NCBI GenBank assembly: GCA_965644295.1
Contig: CBFFRP010000263.1
Span: forward strand, 248,001 to 312,000
Source: Paraphysomonas bandaiensis
Taxonomy: Eukaryota > Protista > Chrysophyceae
DNA: 64,000 nt
Direction of reading: 5' to 3'
In this document: one piece after another, positions 36,272 to 50,000 of the stretch
How positions within the stretch are numbered: position 1 is the stretch's first letter
Layout of the letters: each line of letters starts with the position of its first letter
Position numbers and translations under genes: made by a program
Notes under the pieces: generated by a model
Database searches by the model: none
What the model was told of the DNA's origin: nothing
Seen by the model: the letters and a program-made list of their open reading frames with translations, nothing else

Positions 36272-38773
36272 CTAGGTATCTAGAACAAAGTCTTGGCCCG
36301 TAATTTTATTGTACGATTTTATCTCTCGTTTAACAACTGAACTATTAGCACCTTCGAGCTCAATTAACCGTCTGATACTTCGTTGGTACAATAACTCTGC
36401 CTCATTTTTTATACCCTGTTTAAATAATAGTGATGCTATTGCGGTCTTTGTTTCAAGTATACACAACTCTGTTGGTCCGATAGTACTTCTACTTTCTCCA
36501 TACATATTTGCCTCAGTGTCCTTGCTGTCCACCTTTGAACCTGCTACGTCTTTCAAGTCGCACTCGGTTGCAGAGATGTACTTTTCCAGCATCTCAATTG
36601 CTTCATCTCCTCTGTTAGCATCATTGTAAGCCTGGGCAAGTCCGTAAAGGGCAAGTCGACAAGAGATGTGGTGAGGTCCAACTGACACCCTTCGCGCCTG
36701 TAAGCAATGCTCATATAGCTGTTGAGCTCGTTCCACTTCCTTAATATCAAGCAGTGCACACGCAAGATTACTCATTGCGGTGAGTGTTTCGGGATGGTCG
36801 CCACCTAGCAATTCGGTACGAGCTTCCAGGCACAATGAGAGAGTTTCCACCGCCTCGCTATGTCGACCAAGCTTTCCTAGCTGCAGACCCATATGAGCTC
36901 TCGCCGTAATGGTGTGTTGGTGATTCACCCCAAATTTTTCTTCCCTTCTCTCAAGACAAAGCGATAGTACCGCTAGTGCCTCGTCGTCACGATCCTGGTC
37001 CTTCAACATCATTGCCTTGTTGTGTAAGCTGCTCAGTGTATCGTGGTGAAATTCTCCCAGTCTCTGCGACCGCATTTGAATACATTTGTCCAAAATATCT
37101 AGCGCCTTTTCGTGCTCTCCACAAGCCTGAAGACATCCTGAAAAAATGTCCATTGATGTCAATGTTGCTGGGTGATTGCTCCCAAGAGCTTCAATCCGCA
37201 GAGCCCAGCAATTTTCCGCAGTTTCCCTGGCCACCTCCGTACGCCCAACAGACAAGTATACCCTACAGAGATTGCTCATGCTCACTAGACTCTCGGGATG
37301 GTTGCTGCCCAGCTTTTCTCGCCGAATTTCCCAGCATGCTTCGTACAGGGAAACTGCCTCTTCATCTCGTTCAAGAGCCCGCAGGGCAACTGCTAAGTTG
37401 TTCATCGAAGTGAGAGTGTCAGGGTGAGATGTACCGAGACTTCGTTTCCGCTCCTCCAAACACTCCCTATAAAGTTCAATGGCCTCCTGCACCCGCCCAG
37501 TCACCTTATACAAATTGGCAAGATTATTCAGTGATGCCAGTGTACTTGGGTGTGTGGCTCCCAAGAAGTCTCGTCGGGATGAAAGGCAGCACTCCAACAG
37601 TTCCTGCGCCTCATCCCGACGGCCGATAGCTTTGTAGAGAATTCCCAAATTATTCATGGTGTGCAATGTGTCCTCGTGATTCTCTCCAAGAACCTCTCTT
37701 CGCCGTGCAAGACAACTCTCATACAATGGCAGTGCTTCTTCGTTGCGACCCATTACCTTAAGTAGCATTCCAAGGTTGTTTTCTGCTTTCAAGGAAGTGG
37801 GGTGGTGAGTGCCATGTAGCTTCAGACTAATTTCCAGGCATTCCTCATTATACACCCTCGCCTCATCGAACCGACCCTGACTACGCAGCAATGATGCCAA
37901 AGCAAGTTTCTTATGAATTACGCTATTAGTATCAGAATCTATCGCAATGCTATCGGATACAACTCGAAGTACCCACTGACGCATACGTTCTAGAATAATC
38001 GAGTTCACCTTCTCAAACCCTGCCGTTGCTTTTACGACCTCGAAAATCCTTTTCTTGTCTTCAATACACGTGGATTCGCTGTTTCTAACATCTATTTTTG
38101 ATAACATACCAAAAAATACAGTTGAGTCATTTAGAATAGATTCCAGAAACTCGGCACTGGCGTTAAGCGAGATACAGACCTCAAACCGACTCTCAGTCTC
38201 GACAGCGCAATATATCTCCCAAAGACACCAGGCGCGTGTAAAGGGAATGGGGTTGTGCCATGGTTCTAGTACAAGAACAGTATAGCCAATGTCTTTAATG
38301 GCAGATTGAAATGTTCCACACCACCACTCAAAAGGCAAGTCAGGCGCCAGGTGCTGGTTATTGCTAAACAAATCAAACCACAAGAACACGCTGCTATCGC
38401 CTTTGAAGTGCTGCTGAAGAGAATCAACAACATCTAAAAATAAGAATTTCCAGGCATGTGAAATGAAAACGTTTGCTTTGGACACGGCTTCTGGATGAGA
38501 GAGAGAGAGGAGGTGGGTATAAGAGCACCCTTGATCTCGTGTCAGTGGCAGTAAAAATTGCTCGCACACCTCTCCAGTGCTCAGTGATACTAATTTCTCT
38601 TTCCCTCCACATGAGGCGATAAAAACATCCAAGCCATCTAAGTTGATTCCTGCAGTGGGGAACTGAAAAGAGGAATGAGTTGAGTCCGGTGCAACTCTAT
38701 TTGTTTTTTTAGGAAATAAGTCCAATACAAAGTTTTGTGCAAAGATTTCAACAGTAGAGCGCATATTGCTCAT
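36272..38773 (-). CDS. HET/TIR-like N-terminal domain fused to about twelve 42-aa TPR repeats (kinesin-light-chain-type); intronless
   Basis: FISHAW..LWFDLFSNNQH..PFTRAWCLWE, then LG.xHP.TL..MNNL repeats. Confidence 0.85.
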   Translation of the reverse strand: MSNMRSTVEIFAQNFVLDLFPKKTNRVAPDSTHSSFQFPTAGINLDGLDVFIASCGGKEKLVSLSTGEVCEQFLLPLTRDQGCSYTHLLSLSHPEAVSKANVFISHAWKFLFLDVVDSLQQHFKGDSSVFLWFDLFSNNQHLAPDLPFEWWCGTFQSAIKDIGYTVLVLEPWHNPIPFTRAWCLWEIYCAVETESRFEVCISLNASAEFLESILNDSTVFFGMLSKIDVRNSESTCIEDKKRIFEVVKATAGFEKVNSIILERMRQWVLRVVSDSIAIDSDTNSVIHKKLALASLLRSQGRFDEARVYNEECLEISLKLHGTHHPTSLKAENNLGMLLKVMGRNEEALPLYESCLARRREVLGENHEDTLHTMNNLGILYKAIGRRDEAQELLECCLSSRRDFLGATHPSTLASLNNLANLYKVTGRVQEAIELYRECLEERKRSLGTSHPDTLTSMNNLAVALRALERDEEAVSLYEACWEIRREKLGSNHPESLVSMSNLCRVYLSVGRTEVARETAENCWALRIEALGSNHPATLTSMDIFSGCLQACGEHEKALDILDKCIQMRSQRLGEFHHDTLSSLHNKAMMLKDQDRDDEALAVLSLCLERREEKFGVNHQHTITARAHMGLQLGKLGRHSEAVETLSLCLEARTELLGGDHPETLTAMSNLACALLDIKEVERAQQLYEHCLQARRVSVGPHHISCRLALYGLAQAYNDANRGDEAIEMLEKYISATECDLKDVAGSKVDSKDTEANMYGESRSTIGPTELCILETKTAIASLLFKQGIKNEAELLYQRSIRRLIELEGANSSVVKREIKSYNKITGQDFVLDT

Positions 38774-39313
38774 TGTTGATGCTTTTACCTCATTCCAATC
38801 TCTTCATTTAACAAATTCTTTGCAGTAGGATGTTATGATGATAGGAATTGACCACCACTACACTGTACACTGCTGTGTAACTGTATATATACTCCTTATA
38901 CAGCAGTATGTACAGAGTATGTACTGCAGAATGCATATAGTAGATGTTATCTATCCATGAAATTAGGGATATTATGAGCATAAAATGAATTTTATTGAGA
39001 AAATCTTTTAAAAAATCATATAAAAACTAGCAGAACATACTTACAATCATCAGAATAACAAACACATAATTCCTGTTTTTTTCACAACATATCTCTTCCA
39101 ATCATTATGAAATACACATCGTTGATTGCTTCAATATCATCAAACAGAACATGTCATAATGATCGTGTGGTACTGCTATCTATATATATATATATATATA
39201 TACCATCACCACAGTGCATTCATGAGATATATTCATATATATCTCTATCAGTGACTCATATCACACTGTATCATTATAATCACATATTTATCTTTCATTT
39301 GAACATATTCTCT

Positions 39314-40499
39314 ATGACTCAGAATTTAAGAAAGGGTTTCTCTAAGCTCAGGAATGCTATTATGGCAGATCCTGCACTGACCTTCCTTCATATAGGCACT
39401 GCTACTGGTCTAGCTGGATTCTGTTTATCTGATCCACTTCCACTCCGTGCATGTAGTATTACAAGTAGTGTGGCATCAATTACATTTGCATTAACAAGAA
39501 ATCCAATACTATCTTATGTACCTGTATACTGGAGCTCACTGTACATTATGGTTAATGTATATAAAATAGTAGAGCTAGTAATGGAACGAAAGCCTATTGA
39601 GATGACTGAGCTAGAAGAAGATGTATATGCTAAACACTTTATGAAGTCTGGCATGAGACCTAGACAATTTAAGCGCCTAGCTAAAGCTGCCCGTATCAAG
39701 GAATTTGAGCCTGAGTCTTTGATTGAGGAGGAAGGAAGTCGAGCCTCAATGAACACAGTGAAACTTATTATGTCTGGTACTGTTACTGTGTTTAAAAGTA
39801 ATGAAGAAGTCTTCACAGTAGACTCTACGAAGCCGATATGTTTCTTAGGAGACCTTTCACTGCTGGAGATGGCGGACGCGTCAGCGTCACCAGGGGATGT
39901 AAATGTCAAGCAACTTGTACCTAGCTTTACCTCTACTGCTGTGGCGGGGAAGGAACGAGTGGTAGTGATGGAGTGGGATAAGGTTAGCTCAACGTATATT
40001 CTCTTTTGAAAATCGTATTATGAGCATTTAAGATATTGATTCGTTACTATAGGAATTCCTCCTTGAAGTTCTGAAGCAACCGAGTGAGCTATCTCAAAGA
40101 TTGCGTTCTGTTCTAACTAATAGTGTGATGCAAAAAGTAATCGACATGGGATCTTTGAATACTAAGGCCAAGTATGTTACTCTTTTGAGTGCATTTGCTG
40201 CAGATGGTAACATCAACTCCCTTGAGAAGCGGGTACTTATTCAGTATGCCAAGTCACATGGCATATCGGCCGCCACTCATGAGGACTGCCTGTCCCTCAT
40301 TGGCTGGTCTGTCGATGAATACAACCGCGGCTTCAAGCATGGATATGGAGAATATACTTTACCGAAAGCGTGGAAGTCGCTGCAGAAGAAGATTCAGCAT
40401 GCGATAGACCCCAAACAGAAAGAAGAGCTGGAAGAAATGCTTGCATCCGGAGCACTAAAGCTTTCCGCTCCGGTTACAGCTACCAAGAGCACTGATTAA
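39314..40499 (+). CDS. Popeye-domain (3TM plus cNMP-binding-like) protein with a TerB-like C-terminal segment; intron 39982-40052
   Basis: PLRAC..W..LY..VNVY......ER.P......E..Y...F...G....QF..L; C-terminal AADGNINSLEKRVL..YAKSHGIS. Confidence 0.65.
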
Positions 40500-41057
40500 A
40501 TATCTTACCTGGCCTATTGTTGGTTCACTATCCTTCTGGGTGCCCTGGACCCATGTTAGTATTGAGAATATATATAGTAGCGAAATATTTGCTACGTTTT
40601 ATTTCTAGTTGTGTGTCTAGATCGGCTCTGTTGCGTTGTAGTTTTTATTTAATAAGAGAATGAAGTTGAAGTTTTCGCGTTTATTTACTATTTACATATC
40701 TTAATCATGGTATTAAACTCACGGACGATAGCTGATGGCAACGCTTGAAATTTCAATAGTATGATACACAGCCCGGTGTACATCAAAACTCGATGTGCTC
40801 GTGTAACGTTCACAAATCATATTTTCGTTGATATACCTGTTGCCATGTGCGTCTTATTTGTATTGCTGTGTGACCATTGTACATTGTACACTATCATTTA
40901 TAGATGTCGCAGCGTACTGGAACCATATCCAATGTAAAAATAAATTAAATAACAATAAATCAAAATAAGTAAATAAAGTTCATTGTACGTCTCTCTGGAC
41001 AAAAGTAAAAGCGTGTAAGCTAAATTAAATGTTCATCACTTTTTTCCTTTCTCGGGT

Positions 41058-44000
41058 TTAGTCTACTGATCTACTGTCCTTATGACTTATTTTGTTTCCA
41101 GATAGCCGTTCCTGCAACATCCAATTAGCCTCCTGTTGGAGTCTGGAAAGGGAAGTATGTTTACTTGAGTTGCAAGTTTTTGTCTCGTCTCCTTCAGTCA
41201 TCATGGAATAGAAGCTACCAATAGCCTTCCGTCGCTGATCTTGCACAGCAAAAGAATGTTCCTCGAACCACGTGATCAAAGACTGAAGATCAATATATCC
41301 GCCCCGCTCCCGTAAGAATCTATGAAAATGACAAAAGTACCCCTCATATTCGTCCTTCGTGACCATTTTGCCGTTTATCTCAAGAGAATTCAACACATAT
41401 CCTAGTATTGAGCCCGCGTCAATCTCGCTGAGTACAAGGGTACCTGACTTACAGTGGTGTGGATGTCTGTAAGTACCGGCACCAGTATTCAACACAGCTC
41501 GAAACTTCGCAATCAAAACTTCTTTTGCAGCATCTACATCAGTCAAAATAGGACATTGAACTGGAAGTTCCACTGCCGTCGCAGGCTTTTCTAACTGCTT
41601 CATGTGTTGTCGAGGCGCGGTACAGCTTTTTCGTAGCAGCAATATGCTTTCTGGAATGTGACCACGTCTATTGAAAGGCAGATATTCTGGTCCTCCACTT
41701 CCAGTGTCCTCCATTTCTCGTGCGACAAAGCCTTGCTGATACACTGATCTATTCATATTTCGCCACGCAGTATTGCAAATTTCAGACTTTGATATAGTAA
41801 TTCGCTTCCAACATACAAAGACATCGAAAATGACAGCCCTGATTGTGGAAATGATACGGCGAAATAATCGTCTTATGCCTTTTCCAGCCCTGCTGGCACA
41901 TCCTTCATCAACATCCCCCAAACTCTTTTTTTTTGACCTATTCCACCTTGCTAACCCCTTGTGGCGTAAATCTGACTCCCCATATCGATACTGCAGCAGC
42001 CTCTTTGGCGGTCGAATCAAGCAGAAATGCATGAAAACTACAAAAGCTATAATTGCATACAACGCAATGATATATATGTAACCGACTGAGCGTTCTAAGA
42101 GAGCATGGGCAATAAGAAAGAAACTCCAGGCGGTTGGAATACAAATATTTAGAAACGTATCATGTAAAAATACATTGGTGACAGCCAGTGCAGTGAGGAT
42201 ACCTACGAGGCCAGCTGTGAACATATTCAGTTTCTTGTTTCGAACTCGTCGGCACATAAGAATATCGTTATCGTCGACTTTCATCAATAACCTAGCGGCA
42301 GGAAGGTGGGAAACGTGAAGGGATCTGGCTGCCCGACATGCCCCTGATAAATGTTGTACAATTGAAATCCGTCGGTAATTATTGCTAAAATCGCTTCGTA
42401 TCTTCGTGGCTGCGACGGCATTCAACACATGATTTATCTGTTTTAGCTGAGGTCGCATGATTTCCATGGCTAGAACACACACTAGATAAATCTGTATCAT
42501 TTGCGTAATAAACACGTCCTGAATAAGAAATAAAATAATTTGAATAGTCCATGCAACTGAGGTCACATCTCCATGAGTTGCGGCCCATACAATAACCCAG
42601 TAGATGTAAAATAGGCCAGATGTGATAATAAATAACCAGCTGCCAAACCAATACCAGAAGCCAATGCTGTCAGGAGTCAAATCATCAAAGTGAAAGAAAT
42701 ACCTTCTCAACGCAAATCTTTCGAATGCAGAAAATTGTTCGAGTATAAAATATTGAATCAGGGTGGTATCTTTCTCAATTTGCTCCGAGCGGTCATCGAA
42801 AAAAGAGAGCCTCTTCACTATATTCTTCGCATCTCGTCGGGATCTCTTAACCTTTTCCCTCAGACGGCGTCTGGCGTTTCCATATCTTAAACGTTGAAAT
42901 AAAGATAGCGGAGCTGCGGTACCATCCGGATACATACCCATGAGAGATAATACGACCTCACTTTTGTAGTGTACAGGGTCGTACGTTCCGTGGTGCATAT
43001 AGGCTTCATGTGACCTCCACGGAAAAGGGACGCTATGCAGCTCCTGCCAAAGTTCCTCTTCCACAAACTGGTGAATGAAGTCAAGTTCTTCATCTACTGT
43101 TCCGAAATCATGGAATTGCAACCTCTGGATTGTCCAGTCATCGAATGGTTGGTTGGCTTTGTTGTGGTTGTCTTTCTGTTTCAATACCTCCCCCAATGCA
43201 GAAAATCTTAAATGACGGTCTTCCAATTCATCCGGATTGGACAATACAGCAGCAGTTGAAGCCTGTACAATGGCTCGGTTAAAGCCCACAGGAAACCAAT
43301 AGTCAGTGGATAGTCCAATGTCCTCCATTACAGGGCGGCACACGCACACTTCTTCCAGCAAGTACTTATAGATAAGAGATGGTCCTACCGTTACCACTGT
43401 CATGAGTAGAGTAACAACGGTATAAAATATGAAATCACTTGGGGGAGGGCGAAGTGTACACACTTGAGAAGCTTCATCCCATGAGCACAATTTATCACCG
43501 TATACTAAGTATGAGTCTTGCTCTAAACAACGCTCTGACGTAGTATTCGAGTATTGTCTACAAGTCGTATTGTCATCCGGAAACAGTACACCTGAAAATA
43601 GATAATAAAGCCATTACAATGTTGACGTGAATGTCCGTGCGTATAAGCTTACCATAAAATAGAGTATCTACAAAAAATATAAGCAAGAGATCCATAACAA
43701 GTTTCAGGTAGCGCAGCGTTCGACTCAAACGCAACGACGAAAACGTGAACATTCTTATCCAGTCATGATTATCTTTCACCGCATTGTACATTCTTACAAT
43801 GAAACCATGGGTACTGAGCTCCGCAGAGGGAAGAGCGGATTCAAAAAAGTCCGAGATCTTTTCGTAACTAAACCGTACAGAACTGTCTTTCCTAGAATGA
43901 GCGAGGTCTGATAGTTCCGAGTTCATTGTCGACTGTGAGATATTCTTAGATAAGACATCAGTACTGTCATTGTCATATCTCAACATTGGACTTTTCTTAA

Positions 44001-47000
44001 TCGTCACAGGCTCTCGTTGAACCCAATCACTAGATTCCGCCTTCTCAACACGAATAAATCCTTTGTCGTAGGCAAAGCTTGCTTTGGATACCGCACCACA
44101 CATGGCACCACTTCCTCCACCGCGACCTTTGGAATATATCAGAACAAGGCGATCTAATTCATCCCACCGCAAAAAGTAAAAGACACCAAACAACAACATG
44201 CAAAGAGCTGATACAATGCCTAAAAGAGTTGGAAGCGATGCTTTCCAGTCAATATCCTCCGGACTACTACTCACGTCCACCAAGTCCATTGAGACACTCT
44301 CAACCAGGGCTCCATAGCTAGCTACTCTGGTTCCTGAAGTGTAGTCATCTTCTTCAGAACCCTCGTATTCAAAATCTAAACGCCGTGACGATAATTCTCT
44401 CCAATAAGAGTCCTGCGTATGTCGTCTCGGATATCCAGAGGCAGATGTCAAGATGTTTCGATGACGTGCCAATCGGCGTGAATTTTTCGATGTACTGGAT
44501 TGACAAAACAGATTATTGTCATAGCACTCCAACGTTACATTGAACGGAGTGAAAGTAGATACATTACATGGACAATCCCTGTATGAACTATCCCCCGAGT
44601 CATACACCGTACATCCTGGAATAGTGTTATTCGGATCCCATTCTTGATACTCGGTATAGTGAAGTACCACCTGATACTTTTCTGCAGAAAAGTTTCTTTT
44701 TGAAGTATCATCTATCACAGGAGAAGTAGCCGCTGAACCGACCTGAAATATATCACTTCTCAGCTTACTATTATATCTCGCTGTACTCATTGACCACTCA
44801 GACAATAGCAACCTCACATATTTATTATAATCAGCGCAATTTACAAGTCCACCGTCCGAAAAGGATAAAGATGGCAAAGGAGTACCATAGAATTGGTCTT
44901 TAGAACTTGACGGCGGAGAATACAGCTTGTTACTTGTAGATGAAATAAGATCTCCGTTAACTGATAGCTTTATATTTTCCGTGACGATGTCGAGAGGCAA
45001 CTCGCCATCAGACAACTCCCTTAAAAGTCCAGAAACACCAGATTCAAACGCACTCCCAATGGTGTACAACGACTCATTGCTTAATGTAGACAATTCCGTA
45101 GAGAGAGATACAATAGCAAAAAAATTGGATATACTTGACGATGATAGTTCAAGAGAATAATCAGCAGTGATCATGGCGCTAATATTTCGCAATAAGTTCA
45201 AACACGTCGCAGTTGATGAATCGCTGAAGATATACGACGGAGTGAATGCTTGAAGGAGTGCATCCGTCAAGGTGTTAAACTGAAAAGTAGAAATATCATT
45301 GTACTGAAGAATATCAGTCAGCCCCTCGCATATAACATACATCGTCTCATCAAAAACAAGCAGCTCATTATTCGTATAATAGCAGCTCGATCCTCCGTAT
45401 CCAGGGTCACAGACACAGGCGACACCACAATAAGGATCAGATTCCAAACATTCCTGGGATATATTAACAGAGGGCAAGCAAGATCCATGTCCTGAGCACA
45501 CAACATTAGGAACATGGGATAGGCATGCCTTACTTGGAACAACACAAATCCCTGCATCACAGACTCCGAACAAACAGTCATCATCTTGGACACACTCCGA
45601 TTGAAGATAGTCATTGGACACTTGAGTCGTATCAACCATTTCGGAATCGTTTTCAATAAGTTTACATGCAACATTGGAATCGCCAAGAGAAGATGAAGCG
45701 TATCCTTCAACACATGGCCCACAAGTATGAGGCTTATAAGAACAGGGCAATCGATGAAGCACAGCGCAATTAGGTGCAGCAGAACAATTAGCAGCTATAA
45801 GAGACGTCGCCGTGTGTTGAATCACTTGAAGGAAGGTATCAAAGTTGGAAGTATTTTGTGCAAGTCCTTGGTTTCTCTTCAAAGTCGTGAGCATATCTAT
45901 ATAGCGGTCATTGCTCATTAAAATACCACTCGTAACAGTAACGTTCGTCGAGGCTATAGCATTAGACCCAAAAAAGTCTTCTACATCCACGACGCATTCA
46001 ACTTGATGGGCATAAGAGTCCAACCCAGCTGATATTAGAGATAAAGTATGCGGGACCTCGGACTTGAGCTTTACAGATAGCACTACATTACTCCCTGGAT
46101 AAGGGATATAGCTGAACGAATACAATAGCGGGTAATCTGTGATATCATCTGTCCAAAATGGAGCGCGGAGTGAAAAGGTCATGTTGGATGTTCCATTCGT
46201 AGGTGAAACCACAAGGGAGCCAGACGTAGGAGGTAGATTAGCGGTTAGAGATATTGTCGAGTATAAATAATTATCCGTGCCAGTAATGTTGACTGTGAGT
46301 ACAAATGTGTATGTTACCCCTCCAGTGAGAGATGCAGCTGCAATACTTAGTGGAAAAGATACACCCGACCCTAAGAGATCTCCCTCAGTAAAATTGGAAA
46401 TCAAAGGAGTGAGGAAACTGTTAGATGCTACGAGAGCATTATGAGTGGAAGAATCAGCGACCCTCCACGATGCCACAGAGTACGAAGACCCTGTCAAAGT
46501 TGAATCAATTTCTAACTTGAAATTCGGGTTAAACTTAGAGAATACGCTAGATATTTCCGCTGCGGGTGCTGAAGACTCATCTCGAACTTCAATCACTACG
46601 CTCGCAGACGCTGACCTAGCGACATCTGGAGTAATAACGTAAGAAGATACGACCAATACAGTGACTTGGTAGGAGTAGGTCGAATTTAAGGCTGATGATA
46701 AAAGTGTAAATTCAGAGTTGTTTGTGGTATAGCCATCACATGAAGTCCCATATAATTCCACTGGGCTGTAAATAATACATTTCCAACTAAAACTCAGCGC
46801 ATCAGAGCCATACTGTTGCAAGAGACTTGGTGTCAAACCCTCATCAACCGAGTATGATGCATCAAGTACAACATCCACCCCAAGAGGTACTGCGCGGTGT
46901 TGTCCACCTCTGATAGCTGCAAACACATTACCGGGTTTTACGTACACGGTGGCATATGCACGAGAACTGAGAGGGAATTGCAACAGGGGGTGCTTTACGA

Positions 47001-50000
47001 CAGCCGTAACGTAAAACTGATAGGTCGCACCCGGGCGCAAAGTGTAAGGGTCAACCTTAAAGGCTTTAGGGTCATTACTTTCCGATACAATACCACTGTA
47101 AACAAAGTTGCGATATAAATCCCACGTGTACTCTAACTCATACCCATCGAAGTCATACCCATCGCATAACCACGACGTATTCCACGTAGCAGCGGCATAT
47201 AACGTCAGAGGTTCCGACGCAAAAACTTCTCTGAATCTTCTACCACTGATAAATACCATGGGTGGAAAAATATCACTTTCTGAAGGCGATACAGTTACTG
47301 TTTGAAACCGATATCCACCTGAAGTGGGTCTCAAATAATTATAAAGTGTCAGTCCAAACCGATAACTGCCAGCAACATGCATACTGGGATCAATATGAAT
47401 CGGAAACGACAGATCAATGGCATCAAGATTGTTTAGAAACGATTGCATGATATTTCGACTGCTGAGTTGGGCAGCGTTTGGAGCAGCAGACACCACAGAT
47501 ACAGTAAACTCAAACGAATACCATGATCGGCCAGCATTTCCAGTACTTCCTGATACATCTAGCACAATCGGACTACATACACTAACCATATTCTGAACAA
47601 CCATGCGTACAGTAGGTATAGTAACCGAAGGGTGAACCACTGCAACAGCAAACGAATTAGTCGAATAAACATCATCGTCGCAATCAATATCCGACAACAT
47701 CAAGCAGTAGTAAGATCGAATAGCGCCATTTCGCAAAGACACCGTATCCCCAGGACTCAACAAAGAACTAGAATAACTGCCACTGAAAGACAAGCGAATG
47801 GCACTTGAGTTTACCCAAAAGCATTCTGAAAGTTGACTACCCACAAACGACAATAAAATAGAACACTTAAAAGAATTCGATATTATATCAGGATTTACCG
47901 ACACACCATAGTCAGTTGGATTATCAAACACAGCCGTTGCTCTTCCCGTGCTGTCAAATCGAACGAGCTCCAGCTGAGGAATTGGAGGAGACTCAAATAC
48001 AGTGGACAAAACGAAGGCACCAACCTCTCCTTCATACATACTAGCTGCAGTACCACTTAAGTTTAGTCCAACGTAGTAACGCCCAAATATATCACCCGTC
48101 ACGGTAAATGAACCATACAAATATCTACCTGTATATGACGATAGAAATGTAATTGAAGCAGGAAATGCCCTTATACCAGAAAGAGATACATTTGAATTCG
48201 AAGAGGAGTTGTAATAAGTGAACACTGGAGTCACCACCAATTCTGAGCCTGGTGGGGGAGCACGAATTAATCTATATGAAAAAATGAAGCTGTTTCGTGA
48301 TGAAACAAGTTGTTCAGTTGAGAGTGATCTTGTAAGTATCACTGCCGGTGGGTAGGAATCAATAAGTACCAATCTACAACAAAGTGTAGAAACTTCAGTT
48401 CGTGTTCGGAGAGTGTCATCAAGACTAGTACCATCAAGGAATTCACTCTGTGAGTCCTCAGCTACGCAGTAGACAGAATAATCAGTCAGTGGAACTAAAT
48501 CAACGATTTCTAGCTCAACTTCCAAAATATCCGAATTTGCAGTTGAATCCAACACATGCATAACAGATGTCGTGGCGACCTTTACTTCGTCTGGAGTTGT
48601 AAGAGTAAAGCTACTGATGAAGGCTGCACAATATAAGGTTCCGCCATCGCTAACTGCACTGAGAGTTATATTAACATATACAGATACTGACACTCGACCA
48701 GTTACAACCGATACGCTATTGATAAACGGTACTGTGGGACCGGTTTCTTGCCTTCCGAAGAAATTGATTGCACTTGCTATCAGTTGAAGGTGGTCAGGAT
48801 CTTCTTGGCATGTCGAATCTGGTGCAAAAAGCACAACCTCATTTGAAGGTGTTACACAATGCGTACGGGCTGTACTGTTAAAAGCTACTGTATCTACCAG
48901 TGGGCATCCTATGCATAAATATCCACCAGCGGACGTAGACCATATAACGTCACCACAAGTTCCACTATATATACTTTCATTAACAAGTGCGGCTACTATT
49001 TCTTGCAGGACAGTAACATCATCACAACTAAAGTGTGCAGATATGAAATCTTCAGCCCCATAGTTTACGACAACACTCCAAACCTCTATAAAGTAGTACT
49101 CAAAATCAAATTCCGTAACTAGAAAGTTAGACACGAATTCTTTCCAAGACTCTTGTGCGGCGACATATGACAAAGCACTGTTACTGGTTTCGTATATAAT
49201 AAAAGCGTCATCTTCATGTATGCTTCCATTGATAGCCTCCTCAAGGTGCTCTTCTGGGTCTGCCACGAAGTACAGCGTCGACATCACAGTCGGACTCAAT
49301 GTTAACGCACTGGATTGTAACGATGGCGCAGACGAAGGCGCTTCGGTGCAAAGAGTGGACGTGTTCACTATGATTTCTTTGCTTCTGTTTCCAGGCGTGA
49401 CTAAGAAACACTCCGGTATACACGAAAAAAAATTGTTATATGCCTTGAACAAAGAAAGATGACTCAATTCACATAAAAAGGAGGGAATACTCCCAGATAA
49501 CAGGTTGTCATTCAAAACCAGATCACGAAGTTGGTGCATGGATCCAAATGTGTATGGGATGGATCCAATCAATAAATTCATATCCAAATACAAATACTCA
49601 AGATTAACCATATGATCACCCAAGTTCAACGGAATCGTTCCACTCAAACTATTCGCAGAGAGACGAAGCACCATCATGCTTGGAGAGGCATCGAAAGTAT
49701 GTGGAAACATACCTGAAAGTTGATTACCTGAAAGATCTAATACTGACAATCCTGTCACATTATTCACAAGTGCTTGTGGTATGGTGCCACTGAATAAATT
49801 CCCAGACATATCTAGATATTCCAGATAAGGCATATAACCCAATGATGACGGAATCGCTCCCTCAAAACCAAACCCACTGACAGCTACCTCCGTAACAAAC
49901 TCCTCTGCGTTACATGTAATCCCTGTCCACGACGATATATAGCTGTAGTATTCGTACCCCTCCTCATATCGGTCGCAGATCGGAATCACAGGACGACCTG

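Noticed and set aside
44341-48300. Nucleosome-periodic CpG clustering (DNMT5-type)
   Set aside because: Manual counts gave irregular peaks; autocorrelation analysis is needed
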